Below, piece by piece: positions 29,823 through 39,132 of a DNA stretch of 64,000 bases. The position numbers and the translations under genes were made by a program. Below the pieces are notes generated by a model that saw nothing but the letters and a program-made list of their open reading frames with translations, made no database searches and was not told where the DNA came from. The DNA is taken from contig JAFGJQ010000501.1 in the NCBI GenBank assembly GCA_016929015.1, positions 26,823 to 90,822 on the forward strand, written 5' to 3'. How positions within the stretch are numbered: position 1 is the first letter of the stretch; each line of letters opens with the position of its first letter. This DNA is from Phycisphaerae bacterium. GTDB lineage: Bacteria > Planctomycetota > Phycisphaerae > UBA1845.

Positions 29823-30779
29823 ATGTCCCGGCGGTGTCCGTCCGAACGTGGGCGAGCGTTCACGCTCATCGAGCTGCTGGTCGTCATCTCGATCATCGCG
29901 CTGCTGCTGTCCATTCTGCTGCCGTCGCTGTCCAGCGCCAGGCATCAGGTCCGCACCGTCGTATGCCGCTCGAACATGAAGCAGCTCATGAACGGCATGT
30001 TTCTCTACAACGCCGACTATGACGCATTCCCCGGCACGCACGGCCTGTTCTGGTTCCAGCGGATGTTCGGGGCAGAGTGGCCCCGGCCGGCCGGCGTCAC
30101 CTGGGACGGCGCACGCGACCGGATCGTGAACGTCAGTGTCACCCCCCCGTACGAGAAGCCCTACCACACGGACCCGGAGTTCGTCGCCGACGTGCCGGGC
30201 AAAGGCACTCTCTTCAAGTACCTTCGCGACCAGTCCGTCTACACGTGCCCCGCCGACCGTCCGGGCCCCGCCGAAGACTCGCCCATCGGCGGCGGCGGCA
30301 ACGGCAGGCTCAGTTACTCGCTGAACGCGTTTGTCGGATACAGACCGCCCGAAAGCCTGGGCAGCTTCACGTACGCGGCTGACTCGCTCGACAACGCGCT
30401 GCCCGGCGACCGCGGGACGCGCTCGTTCACCGCCGGCCAGCGCGTCGTGTTTCCCCCGTCGCGCTTCATGACGCTGTTCGAGGAACACCCAAACTTCAAC
30501 GTCAACGCCGCCTTCCCCGACGGCAACTTCAACGGCCTGGATCGAATCGCCACACGCCACATGGCCGGCGCCGCGTCGGCCGGCCAGACTCCCATGGGCC
30601 GCACCGGCATTGCATACCTCGACGGCCACGCGGAAAGCCCGAAATACCCTGCCAAGACGGAAGGCCGCCAGCTCTTCCCCGAGTACGGCCAGCCCTACTT
30701 CTGGCGCGCCTCCGGCCCCCCCGACACCGCAAACGTGTCCAACTTCATCAAGAAGCTAAGCGGCCCCTGCCCCTGGTGA
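29823..30779 (+). CDS. Prepilin-type N-terminal cleavage/methylation domain protein, DUF1559 (H-X9-DG)-like
   Basis: GAGGAGG lies upstream of ATG 29823. The N-terminus RGRAFTLIELLVVISIIALLLSILLPSL is a class III signal/pseudopilin helix. The C-terminal ..IAYLDGHAE is like the DUF1559 DGH/DGS motif. The upstream 105 aa of ORF 29508 were rejected. Confidence 0.85.
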   Translation: MSRRCPSERGRAFTLIELLVVISIIALLLSILLPSLSSARHQVRTVVCRSNMKQLMNGMFLYNADYDAFPGTHGLFWFQRMFGAEWPRPAGVTWDGARDRIVNVSVTPPYEKPYHTDPEFVADVPGKGTLFKYLRDQSVYTCPADRPGPAEDSPIGGGGNGRLSYSLNAFVGYRPPESLGSFTYAADSLDNALPGDRGTRSFTAGQRVVFPPSRFMTLFEEHPNFNVNAAFPDGNFNGLDRIATRHMAGAASAGQTPMGRTGIAYLDGHAESPKYPAKTEGRQLFPEYGQPYFWRASGPPDTANVSNFIKKLSGPCPW

Positions 30780-30802
30780 CACTTGAATCAGCGACAGGTC
30801 TT

Positions 30803-30902
30803 GTGCTACTGCTCTTGAGCTGTGCTCCTCCTCCCGTGCCACTGCTTGTCGAGCAGTGCTTCTCCCCCGCGCGCCACTGATCTTCAGCCGTGCCTGTTCT
30901 CC
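30803..30902. repeat. Repeat family B, site 1: three tandem ~33-bp hairpin units
   Basis: The three units are gtgctactgctcttgagctgtgctcctcctccc, gtgccactgcttgtcgagcagtgcttctccccc and gcgcgccactgatcttcagccgtgcctgttctcc. The best unit contains the inverted repeat cactgct....agcagtg. Confidence 0.85.
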
Positions 30903-31250
30903 GGTCTCCGCTCCAAGGCCCTTTCACGCTCCTTCCCCGCCGCAAGCGTGCAGGGTCCACTGCGCGGACCATTCCTTCCAGTCTGTTGCGGTAGGGATGG
31001 CCCTCGCGGGCCACCCTTACCGCAACAAGCAGGGAAGACCGCTTGGTCTTCGCAGGTTCCGGCGCGCCGGTTCTCCGCAGGCGACTCGCCGTGGCGAGAT
31101 GGCGAGAAGGCCGGTGCCATAGGGAAAGACGCAGCTTGTCGGGCGGTTTGGGCGCGCTATCATCCATCATGGTGCGCCGTGCCGTTCCGCGGCGATTCGC
31201 GCGGAGGATCGCCGGGCCGGCCGGTCGCAACAGGCTGGAGGGCAGATGCC

Positions 31251-32414
31251 ATGTGCCGAACTCACACCATTCTGTGCACGGTCGCGGGTTGGCTGTTACT
31301 GGCCGGCTGCGCTGCGAAAACCGCGGATCTGCCTGCCCCGAGCGACCCGGAACTGCAGGCGGGCATCATTGCCGCACGGTACATCGCCGGCGAGTACCCG
31401 GACGCGATCGACAGCACGCGCGGCGGGACCCACGTCATCTACCACTGGAAATATACGCAAGGTGTTACGCTTTGGGCCCTGCTGCTGCTGCACGAGCAGA
31501 CCGGTACGCCCGCCCACCTGCAGCAGGTTCGCGCATCGCTGGCCAGCTACGACGCCAACGGGCGCATCCGTGTGCACGGCGGCAGCGAGCCGATCGACTA
31601 CATCGGCGCCATGGCGCACGCCATCCTGGAGTACTCCCTTCGCAGCGGCGACCATCAGTTTCTCGACGGCGCGCTGGAAGCGGCGCGCTTCTTCCGGGAC
31701 GACGTCGCCCGGACGCCCGACGGCCTGATCGCCTACCACGCCGACCCGGCGCGCGGCCGCATCTGGGCCGACGCGCTCTTCATGGTCGCCCCGTTGATGG
31801 CGAAGACCGGCACCTACCTCGGCGACACGTCCTACTACGACGATGTTCTGGAGCAGTTCCGGGGGTTCGCCCAGAAGCTTCGCGATCCGCAGGTGGGCCT
31901 GTACCACCAGGGCTGGAACTGGCATGGGGACGGCGCATCGCCCGGGTACTGGGGACGGGCCAACGGCTGGGTCGCCCTGGCCATGGTCGAGGTGCTCGAC
32001 ACGATCCCCGAAGGGCATCCCGGCCGCGATGACCTGCTTGCGTCGTACCAGGACTTCGCCCGGGCGATCGTGCGGCACCAGGGCATCAGCGGCATGTGGC
32101 ATCAACTGCTGAACCGCCCGGACAGCTACGAGGAGACGTCGTGCACCGGCATGTTCCTCTATGCCCTAGCCCGGGGGGTCCAGCGGGGCTGGCTGGACGT
32201 GTCGTACGTCGACGCGATTGAACGAGGCCACGCCGGCCTGTCACGCATGATCTCATTGAAGGGAAACATCGACAACATCTGTCCCGGCACGTCCACGCAG
32301 CCGTCCGAGCAGGCCTATCTGAATAGGGGTCCGCAGCGCAACGAGTCGCACGGCATCGGCCCGGTCCTGCTGGCGACGCATGGCGTGATGATCACGCGTG
32401 AAACGGCGGAATGA
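31251..32414 (+). CDS. Glycoside hydrolase family 88/105 (unsaturated glucuronyl/rhamnogalacturonyl hydrolase-like) lipoprotein
   Basis: The start was set at ATG 31251, giving the signal/lipobox MCRTHTILCTVAGWLLLAGC. Motifs WKYTQGVTLWAL, IWADALFMVAPLMAK, GLYHQGWNW, GYWGRANGWVALAMVE and GMWHQLLNRPDSYEETSCTGMFLYAL. Confidence 0.8.
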   Translation: MCRTHTILCTVAGWLLLAGCAAKTADLPAPSDPELQAGIIAARYIAGEYPDAIDSTRGGTHVIYHWKYTQGVTLWALLLLHEQTGTPAHLQQVRASLASYDANGRIRVHGGSEPIDYIGAMAHAILEYSLRSGDHQFLDGALEAARFFRDDVARTPDGLIAYHADPARGRIWADALFMVAPLMAKTGTYLGDTSYYDDVLEQFRGFAQKLRDPQVGLYHQGWNWHGDGASPGYWGRANGWVALAMVEVLDTIPEGHPGRDDLLASYQDFARAIVRHQGISGMWHQLLNRPDSYEETSCTGMFLYALARGVQRGWLDVSYVDAIERGHAGLSRMISLKGNIDNICPGTSTQPSEQAYLNRGPQRNESHGIGPVLLATHGVMITRETAE

Positions 32415-32426
32415 GTTATCGAGTAT

Positions 32427-32554
32427 GACCGGCTGGAATCCCGGGGCGCCGGGACGGTCCCACAAGAGCACTCCCTTGACCGGCTGGAAAGCCGGTCCCA
32501 CAAAGGCAGCCGGTCCCACATAAGAAGCCGGTCCCAGAGCAAGCCGGTGTCACA
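32427..32554. repeat. Repeat family A, site 2 (inverted relative to site 1): hairpin plus four tandem ~18-bp units
   Basis: Hairpin gaccggc/tggaaa/gccggtc at 32478-32497. gccggt(c/g).. units start at 32491, 32509, 32527 and 32543. A partial extra copy lies at 32427-32464. The 25 nt at 32478-32502 are the exact reverse complement of 28564-28588. Confidence 0.9.
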
Positions 32555-32578
32555 GCAGAGGAGGAAGTCCAAGCATGG

Positions 32579-33733
32579 TCAGCGAGAGGATCGCCCCTGC
32601 ATGCGGAATCGCTCGCGGAGGAATTCCGCCGTGCGATCGCGAAGCTGCTGTGCGGCCGTCGCCGGAGAGGCGGGCACGGGGTCTTGCGGACCGCTCACCG
32701 CGCAGAGCGCGGAAATCCCGTCCGCTTCACAGAGCGAAGCGTCGCCAGCGACACTGCCGGCCACTACCACGACCGGCACACCGGTCCGGCGGACGCAGGC
32801 CACAACGCCCCACACCGCTTTTCCCATACGTGACTGGGCGTCGAACCGGCCTTCACCGGTAATCACCAGGTCGGCGCCTTGCACACGCTCGAACAGCCGT
32901 GTCAACATAATGACACTCTCCACGCCGCTTTGCATCCGGCCGCCCAGAAACGCGACCAGCCCGGCGGCCAGCCCACCCGATGCCCCGCCGCCCGACACAT
33001 CGGCGACGGCAATGCCCAGATCACGCTCGATCACCCGCGCCAGATGCCGCAGATTCGTTTCCAGCCGGCGCACCTGCTCTGGCCCGGCGCCCTTCTGCGG
33101 GCCGTACACCGCCGATGCACCGTTCGGCCCGCACAGAGGGTTCTGAACGTCACACAAGACGACCAACTCCACGGCATCCAGACGCGCATCGCGTGCTGAG
33201 ACATCAATGCGGTGGATCTCATGCAGATCGCCGCCCGGCAGCCCGGCCGGCAGAACCGTACCGTCCTCCGAGAGGAACTGAACGCCCAGTGCCTGGGCAC
33301 AGCCGCAGCCTCCGTCCACCGTGGCGCTGCCGCCCACGCCGATCAGCAAGCGTGTCGCCCCCGCGTCCAGGGCGGCCGACAGTTGCTGGCCCGTGCCAAA
33401 CGTGCTCGTGCGCAGCGGGTCGCGCTCGTTGAAGCGCAGCAGCGTCAGGCCGCTCGAAGCGGCCATTTCCACGATGGCCGTCCGCCCGTCAGGCAGTTGG
33501 CCGAACGCTGCCCGCACCGGCCGGCCCAGCGGGTCGAGCACCTCCGCTTCGATCCGACTGCCGCCCGCGCCGGCCAGCACGGCTTCCACCGTGCCCTCGC
33601 CCCCGTCGGCCATGGGAACGACGATCACCTCCGCATCGGGCCGCACCCGCAGAACGCCCTCACGCATCGCGTGTCCGGCCTCCACGGATGAGAGCGTTCC
33701 CTTGAAGCTGTCCGTGGCGACAACGATCTTCAC
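32579..33733 (-). CDS. Glycerate kinase
   Basis: MKIVVATDSFKGTLSS..., VVPMADGGEGT, LLIGVGGSATVDGGCG and DLVITGEGRFDAQS. There is a 4-nt overlap with the upstream glycosyltransferase gene. Confidence 0.85.
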   Translation of the reverse strand: MKIVVATDSFKGTLSSVEAGHAMREGVLRVRPDAEVIVVPMADGGEGTVEAVLAGAGGSRIEAEVLDPLGRPVRAAFGQLPDGRTAIVEMAASSGLTLLRFNERDPLRTSTFGTGQQLSAALDAGATRLLIGVGGSATVDGGCGCAQALGVQFLSEDGTVLPAGLPGGDLHEIHRIDVSARDARLDAVELVVLCDVQNPLCGPNGASAVYGPQKGAGPEQVRRLETNLRHLARVIERDLGIAVADVSGGGASGGLAAGLVAFLGGRMQSGVESVIMLTRLFERVQGADLVITGEGRFDAQSRMGKAVWGVVACVRRTGVPVVVVAGSVAGDASLCEADGISALCAVSGPQDPVPASPATAAQQLRDRTAEFLRERFRMQGRSSR

Positions 33734-35274
33734 GGATTCGCTCCTTGCGTTGAGTCCGCCGAGCCCCGCGGCATCAGACGCAGCACCTCCAATTCCGCGA
33801 GCTTCCAGTGCCCGTGAACCACACGCACGGATTCGATGTCCGACTGAACGTGCTTGAATTGCGTGCGGGCCAGCACGAGCCAGGCCGGTCCGTCCTGCTG
33901 CCGGAGCTGGTCCAGCATGTCGTCAAACGGAATCGCGGGATTGGACGTGTACCCTTCGAAATCACTGCGGCGTTGAGTCCGAGCCAGAACGGGAACGATT
34001 CTCGCGTCGCCGTCGAGGTAGTAGGCCAGCGGGAACGTGCAGTAGTCGCGGTACATGTAGATCGGGGCAGCGTCCGGGCCCGAATCTTGGATGACGCGGG
34101 CCGCGTCACGCCAGTCCTCGATCACCAGGGGATAGTCCGCGCTGGGAGGTTCTCGCAGGCTGACGGCGGCCAAAATGGCCATCGCCACGATCGGCCGGCG
34201 CACCGCCAGCCGGGCCAGAAGCAGGATCGCGGCCGGCTGGGCCACGATAGTGTACTTGATGTGGAATATCGGCGTGGCCACGCACGACCAGGCAAACGGC
34301 AGCCCGATCGGAAGGACCAGCCACAGAAGCAGCAGGAAGACCGGGGACTTGCCGCCGCTTCCACGCGGCGGCGGCACGTTGCTCACGCCTTCCCGCACTC
34401 TTCGCACGACCGCGACCACCGCCACGGTTGCGGCGAGCCCCGCCACGGCATACCGGGTGATCGCCCAGCGCAATGGAGTCAAATGGTCATACAGGCATAC
34501 CAGCGGCTCCACGGCACGAGGACGCGGTATCCAGTATCCGGCCAGGACGGTTCGGACCTGGTCCGCCAGGATCACCACCCACGGCAGAAAACTGATGATG
34601 ACGATCCCGCCCGCGATCGCGGCCCCGCGCAGCAATCGCCTGCGTTCGGAGCGGTCTGTGCTTCGCCACGCCAGCAGCACGACCCACGCCAGGTGCGCCG
34701 CCAGAACCGGCCAGGCAAAAGTGTGGAGCCAGACGAACGTTATGGCCAAGGCCGTGTACCCCAGACCGGTCCGCCGGCGCGGGGCACGAATCCACGCATG
34801 CGCCATCGATGTAGTCAAAATGGCCATGAGCTCGATCAGGGCATAAAACCGAGCCTCCTGAGCATACGCGACGGCCATGTTGCTGACAGCGAGCAGGCCC
34901 GCTGCCCACAGGCCGGTCGACCGGTCCCACAGTCGCCGGCCCAGTTCGTAGAGGGCCCGGACGGACAACACGCTGAAGATGACGGAAGGGGCCCGTACCG
35001 CAACCTCGCTGGCGCCGAACGCGTCGACCCAGAGGGAAAGGAGAAAGTGGTACAGGGGCGGGTTCGTTCCGGTCCGACGCAGCGCGATCACGTCCTGCCA
35101 ATCCAACTGGGCGTAGAGCACGCTGAACGCCTCATCCAGCCAGAGGCTCCGCGTCCCGAGGCCCCAGATACGCACAAAGGCGGCCAGCGCCAGGAAGAGG
35201 ATCAGCAGAACGGCCGGCCTGGCGTCTGCCGACGGTCGGAGGGAGGGCGTCGCTGATTCAGTCGTCACATCCAT
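33730..35274 (-). CDS. Glycosyltransferase family 39/83-like integral membrane protein (ArnT/PMT-type)
   Basis: The start was set at ATG 35274 (MDVTTES...). There are at least 10 hydrophobic helices, and the first loop carries SLWLDEAFSV (DE motif). The C-terminal domain is soluble. The 112-aa Arg/Pro-rich upstream extension was rejected. Confidence 0.7.
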   Translation of the reverse strand: MDVTTESATPSLRPSADARPAVLLILFLALAAFVRIWGLGTRSLWLDEAFSVLYAQLDWQDVIALRRTGTNPPLYHFLLSLWVDAFGASEVAVRAPSVIFSVLSVRALYELGRRLWDRSTGLWAAGLLAVSNMAVAYAQEARFYALIELMAILTTSMAHAWIRAPRRRTGLGYTALAITFVWLHTFAWPVLAAHLAWVVLLAWRSTDRSERRRLLRGAAIAGGIVIISFLPWVVILADQVRTVLAGYWIPRPRAVEPLVCLYDHLTPLRWAITRYAVAGLAATVAVVAVVRRVREGVSNVPPPRGSGGKSPVFLLLLWLVLPIGLPFAWSCVATPIFHIKYTIVAQPAAILLLARLAVRRPIVAMAILAAVSLREPPSADYPLVIEDWRDAARVIQDSGPDAAPIYMYRDYCTFPLAYYLDGDARIVPVLARTQRRSDFEGYTSNPAIPFDDMLDQLRQQDGPAWLVLARTQFKHVQSDIESVRVVHGHWKLAELEVLRLMPRGSADSTQGANP

Positions 35275-35636
35275 GAGAAACGCCCTTATCGGACGGGGTC
35301 TGAAACACCACGCGGGAGCATTATGCAGGCGGCACCTCGACAGGGCCAGTTTGCCACGCCTTGGTGTGGCGACACAGGGCCGAGCCCGGCTCTCGCCAAA
35401 CCGGCGCGGCACTGTTTGCCGTGGCGCGAACTGACGAAGAAGAGAGACACGAGGCCGAGGGTGCGTCGGCCGATGTTGCAGGGGGGCCGGGTCCCACAGT
35501 CGCACGTCGGCCCGCGAGGGCCGGTGCCGCCCCGCCCACTTCCACTTGCCGGGGGGCGGCAGAAAGTGTGTAATGACGGCGACCCGAGCGGGCGGTTTGA
35601 CCCGTGGCAAGAGGGGATGACGATGGACGTTACGCG

Positions 35637-37673
35637 ATGACCGAGCAAAACTCAGTTCAGCCCGCCCAGGACGGCGATGGCGGCCTGCTTGACCACAGGG
35701 TCACCTTCATCGCCCGCCATCGGACGGTCATCTCCGTGTTCGCCCACGGATTCCTGTTTGCCGTGGCCCTGCTGATGGCCTTTGGCCTGGCCTACAACTT
35801 CTACCAGGTGCTCCCGGAGACGCTCTATTCCCCTGACGAGGCCCGGGTCATTACCCGAGGCGGCTGGCTGCTCTATCTGTATTTGCCTATGGCCGCGATG
35901 GCCGTCCCCATCAAGCTGATCGTCTTTGCTTTGTTCCAGCAGTACCGGCGGTCGTGGCGATACGTGGGCCTGCGCGATTTGTTGGGTGTGGTTTCCGCGG
36001 CGTACGCCGGCTCGTTCTTGTTCATGCTGTCGTACTTCGGGCTGGCCATGTTCCGGCCGGAGGTTGCAGAGCGGCTGGTTGAAGCGTCCGGGCTGGGGTT
36101 CCGGCAAGCGGCGGTGTTTCTGTCGGACCTCGTGGCCACCATCGGTCTGGTCTCGGTGACGCGAGTCGTCTGGCGGCTGTATCACGAGGAGATACGCCGG
36201 GGCTCGGAGGAGGGGCGGCGGCGCATGCTGGTGATCGGCGCCGGCCGGGCCGGTGAGACCGTCGCGCGGGAGATTCTGACGTCGGGCGAGGGGCACGAAC
36301 TGGTCGGGTTCCTGGATGACGATGTGTCGCGGCTGCACAACCGGATCCACGGCGTGGAGATTCTGGGGCCCGTTGCGGACCTGCCCCGGATTGCGGAAGA
36401 AGAGGAGGTGGAGGAAATCCTCATCGCTCTGCCGGGTGCTTCGCCAAAGGATATCCGGCGGATTGTCGAGTCGTGCCAGGGGGCCAGCATCACGTTTCGC
36501 ACCATCCCCTCCGTCAGCGACCTGATCGAGGGTCGAGTCGAAGTCAGCCAGATCCGAACCGTGAGCATCGAGGACATTCTGGGTCGGGAGCCTGTGCGGC
36601 TGGACACGGAGGCGATCGGCCGGGAACTGGCGGGACGGCGGGTCGCGGTCACGGGGGCGGGCGGCAGCATCGGCTCGGAAATGTGCCGGCAAATTGCCCG
36701 ATTCGGCCCGCAGCGCCTGCTGCTGATCGAACAGGCGGAGAACGGCCTGTTCGAGATCGATCGAGAGCTTCGAGCGAGCTTCCCGACCCTGGACATCGTG
36801 CCCTGCGTGGCGGACATCTGCGACCGCGAACGGCTGGATCGGCTTTTTGCTGCGCATGAGCCATCCGCCGTGTTTCACGCGGCCGCCCACAAGCACGTCC
36901 CCATGATGGAGTTGAATCCGGGCGAAGCAATCAAGAACAACGTGGTGGGAACACGAACCGTGGCGGACACCGCCGTGGCCGCCGGCGTATCCAAGATGGT
37001 GATGATCTCCACGGACAAGGCCGTCAACCCCACCAGCATTATGGGTTGCAGCAAGAGGGTGGCCGAGTTGTACGTGCAGCAACTCAGCGCGCGGACCTCC
37101 ACGCAGTTCGTGACGGTGCGGTTCGGCAACGTGCTGGGCAGCAGCGGGAGCGTGGTGCCCATTTTCCGGCGGCAGATCGAGGAGGGGGGACCCGTCACCG
37201 TCACGCACCCCGAGATGAAGCGGTACTTCATGACCATCCCCGAGGCGGCTCAACTCGTGCTGGAGGCGGGAGCCATGGGTCGGGGCGGAGAGATCTTCGT
37301 GCTGGACATGGGCGAGCCGGTGAAGATCGTGGATTTGGCGCGTGACATGATTCAGCTTTCCGGCCTGCGTCCGAACGTGGACATCGACATCGTGTTCACG
37401 GGAATGCGTCCCGGGGAGAAACTTTTCGAGGAGCTCTCGATCGCAGGCGAGGACGTGAGCGTCACCAAGCACCCCAAGATCGGCATCTGGCGTCACCGGC
37501 CGGAAGACTGGGACCGGCTTTGTGCGGGAATCCGATCGCTGGTGGCCATTGCGGACGACGCTTCTCACCCGGAGATCGTGGCTTGCCTCAAGTCGCTGGT
37601 TCCGGAGTTCCAGCCGGAGCAGAACGGACTGGCGGTCGGCGACGCATCGCAGAAGTGCGCTGCCGCTCCTTGA
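35637..37673 (+). CDS. Polysaccharide biosynthesis protein, membrane-anchored NDP-sugar 4,6-dehydratase (CapD/PglF/WbpM family)
   Basis: N-terminal TM helices, then two Rossmann regions: MLVIGAGRAGE and VTGAGGSIGSEMCRQI. Also FHAAAHKHVPMME and STDKAVNPTSIMGCSKRVAE. The start is either ATG 35637 or GTG 35604. Confidence 0.85.
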   Translation: MTEQNSVQPAQDGDGGLLDHRVTFIARHRTVISVFAHGFLFAVALLMAFGLAYNFYQVLPETLYSPDEARVITRGGWLLYLYLPMAAMAVPIKLIVFALFQQYRRSWRYVGLRDLLGVVSAAYAGSFLFMLSYFGLAMFRPEVAERLVEASGLGFRQAAVFLSDLVATIGLVSVTRVVWRLYHEEIRRGSEEGRRRMLVIGAGRAGETVAREILTSGEGHELVGFLDDDVSRLHNRIHGVEILGPVADLPRIAEEEEVEEILIALPGASPKDIRRIVESCQGASITFRTIPSVSDLIEGRVEVSQIRTVSIEDILGREPVRLDTEAIGRELAGRRVAVTGAGGSIGSEMCRQIARFGPQRLLLIEQAENGLFEIDRELRASFPTLDIVPCVADICDRERLDRLFAAHEPSAVFHAAAHKHVPMMELNPGEAIKNNVVGTRTVADTAVAAGVSKMVMISTDKAVNPTSIMGCSKRVAELYVQQLSARTSTQFVTVRFGNVLGSSGSVVPIFRRQIEEGGPVTVTHPEMKRYFMTIPEAAQLVLEAGAMGRGGEIFVLDMGEPVKIVDLARDMIQLSGLRPNVDIDIVFTGMRPGEKLFEELSIAGEDVSVTKHPKIGIWRHRPEDWDRLCAGIRSLVAIADDASHPEIVACLKSLVPEFQPEQNGLAVGDASQKCAAAP

Positions 37674-37746
37674 TCGGCACGCGCCGGCCCTGGAGGCAGG
37701 CCCACCATCGCCCGCAAGGGAACGACACCCCAGGCAACCCGCGACT

Positions 37747-38568
37747 CTACTCCGACGGTTCCGGTTCGGTTTCGGATGTCTTCTCTTCAGGGGCGAGTTC
37801 AGCAGACGGTTCGTCGGAGGCGGGTTCCGGTGCGGCGATCGGCTCGGCATCCGATGAGGCGTTCTCCGGCGTAATCGTGATTTCGGGCGGGAGGGCTGCG
37901 GGCGGGGAAGCCGCTGCCATCTTCACCGGCTGGAATGTGTGATCCAGTTCGTTCAGCGCCGCCAGTGCACGTTCCATGTACGGCGTGGCAGTGAAGAGCT
38001 TTCGTTCGTTCCGGGTGATCTGCTCCAGATACTCCCGAGCCTTGTCCTTGTGGCTGGAATCTGCATCCAGAGCGAACCGGTTGCCCTCGATGGTGACCAA
38101 CTGCAACAGCGCCGTACCCACGGCGACGGCCTCATTGCCGTAGTCACGAATCAGCCGTTTGCAGGCCCCTTCCGCGGCCTGAAGCGATTCCGGAGTGATG
38201 CTCTGGGGATCGTTCAACGCCAGATCCAGCACGCCGCTGGACAGTTGCATCAGGGCTCGCCTGGTCAGGTCGGGCTCCTTGTTCTCTTCCGCCACCCGCT
38301 CAAGGGTCTGGATCGTGTTGGTCAAGGCCGCACCGCTCAGCGGCCGGCCGTCCGCGTCGACGAACTCGGCCGATTCGATCTTCTGGATGACGTCCGTCCG
38401 ACCGGCGGCCCTGGAGTGCCGCACGTACATGAACAGCACGGCCACGGCCGCCACCACGACCACGCCGCCGATCAGGTAGTTGCCATACCGGGAGAGGTAC
38501 TGGCGAGCATCCATGAGCATCTGCGCCAGTTCATTCGTCTGCAGTTCCTGCTTTCGCTCTTTTTTCAT
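37747..38568 (-). CDS. Hypothetical single-pass membrane protein with a helical (TPR/YfgM-like) domain and an acidic tail
   Basis: The N-terminus MKKERKQELQTNELAQ.. is followed by the TM helix LIGGVVVVAAVAVLFMYV and then a helical periplasmic domain. The C-terminus is Glu/Pro/Ser-rich. There is a 4-nt overlap with the upstream lipoprotein gene. Confidence 0.55.
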   Translation of the reverse strand: MKKERKQELQTNELAQMLMDARQYLSRYGNYLIGGVVVVAAVAVLFMYVRHSRAAGRTDVIQKIESAEFVDADGRPLSGAALTNTIQTLERVAEENKEPDLTRRALMQLSSGVLDLALNDPQSITPESLQAAEGACKRLIRDYGNEAVAVGTALLQLVTIEGNRFALDADSSHKDKAREYLEQITRNERKLFTATPYMERALAALNELDHTFQPVKMAAASPPAALPPEITITPENASSDAEPIAAPEPASDEPSAELAPEEKTSETEPEPSE

Positions 38569-39047
38569 TGTCTCGTCCGCGGCTCGCCGGGCGACGTGCC
38601 GCGCTCCTCCTGCACCACCACCGCCTCAATCTGCGTGTTCGCACTGAGGCTGCGACCCGCGTCGCGAATCGTGATCGTGCAGGCTTCACCGCCCTTCTCA
38701 AACCGGAGGGCAAACGTGCCCTTGACATTCCGGTTGCTCACCAGGGTCCACCGGGCCCGCGGCATCTGCTCCTCGTAGAAACTCCGCACCGCGAGCTTGT
38801 CTCGAGACCGTCCCTCGTACGTATGCCGCAAATACAGTCGCCGAGTCCCCGTCAACTGGTCCTCGCACGCATCTTCAACCATCCTGAATCCCATCGGCAC
38901 GGGAATATCCCGTGCATACGGGTTGGCCTGCGGCAGCAGGCGGCCATCCTTGCCGGTCTGCACACCCTGTGAACAACCGGCCGACATCATCCCGATGATG
39001 GCCAGGGCCCCCAGGACACCAATCCGCGTAACTTTATTCAAAATCAT
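38565..39047 (-). CDS. Hypothetical lipoprotein
   Basis: Signal peptide with lipobox (GVLGALAIIGMMSAGCSQG). No family was recognised. Confidence 0.55.
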   Translation of the reverse strand: MILNKVTRIGVLGALAIIGMMSAGCSQGVQTGKDGRLLPQANPYARDIPVPMGFRMVEDACEDQLTGTRRLYLRHTYEGRSRDKLAVRSFYEEQMPRARWTLVSNRNVKGTFALRFEKGGEACTITIRDAGRSLSANTQIEAVVVQEERGTSPGEPRTRQ

Positions 39048-39132
39048 GCGTTACGACTCCTGGTGCCGTTACGCCAGCCGGGGCGCCGCCGCCATGACAC
39101 GCGCTACAGAGTAGGGCAACCGGGTCAAAGCG

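Noticed and set aside
28470-32560. Composite transposon / IS element interpretation of the inverted family-A arrays
   Set aside because: No transposase, integrase or recombinase gene lies inside or next to the segment, and I could not identify target-site duplications. It is kept only as a hypothesis in the findings and is not called as a mobile element.
35652-37850. 732-aa minus-strand ORF
   Set aside because: It is antisense to the CapD-family dehydratase, which has clear Rossmann and catalytic motifs on the + strand. The product is Arg/His/Gly/Pro-rich.
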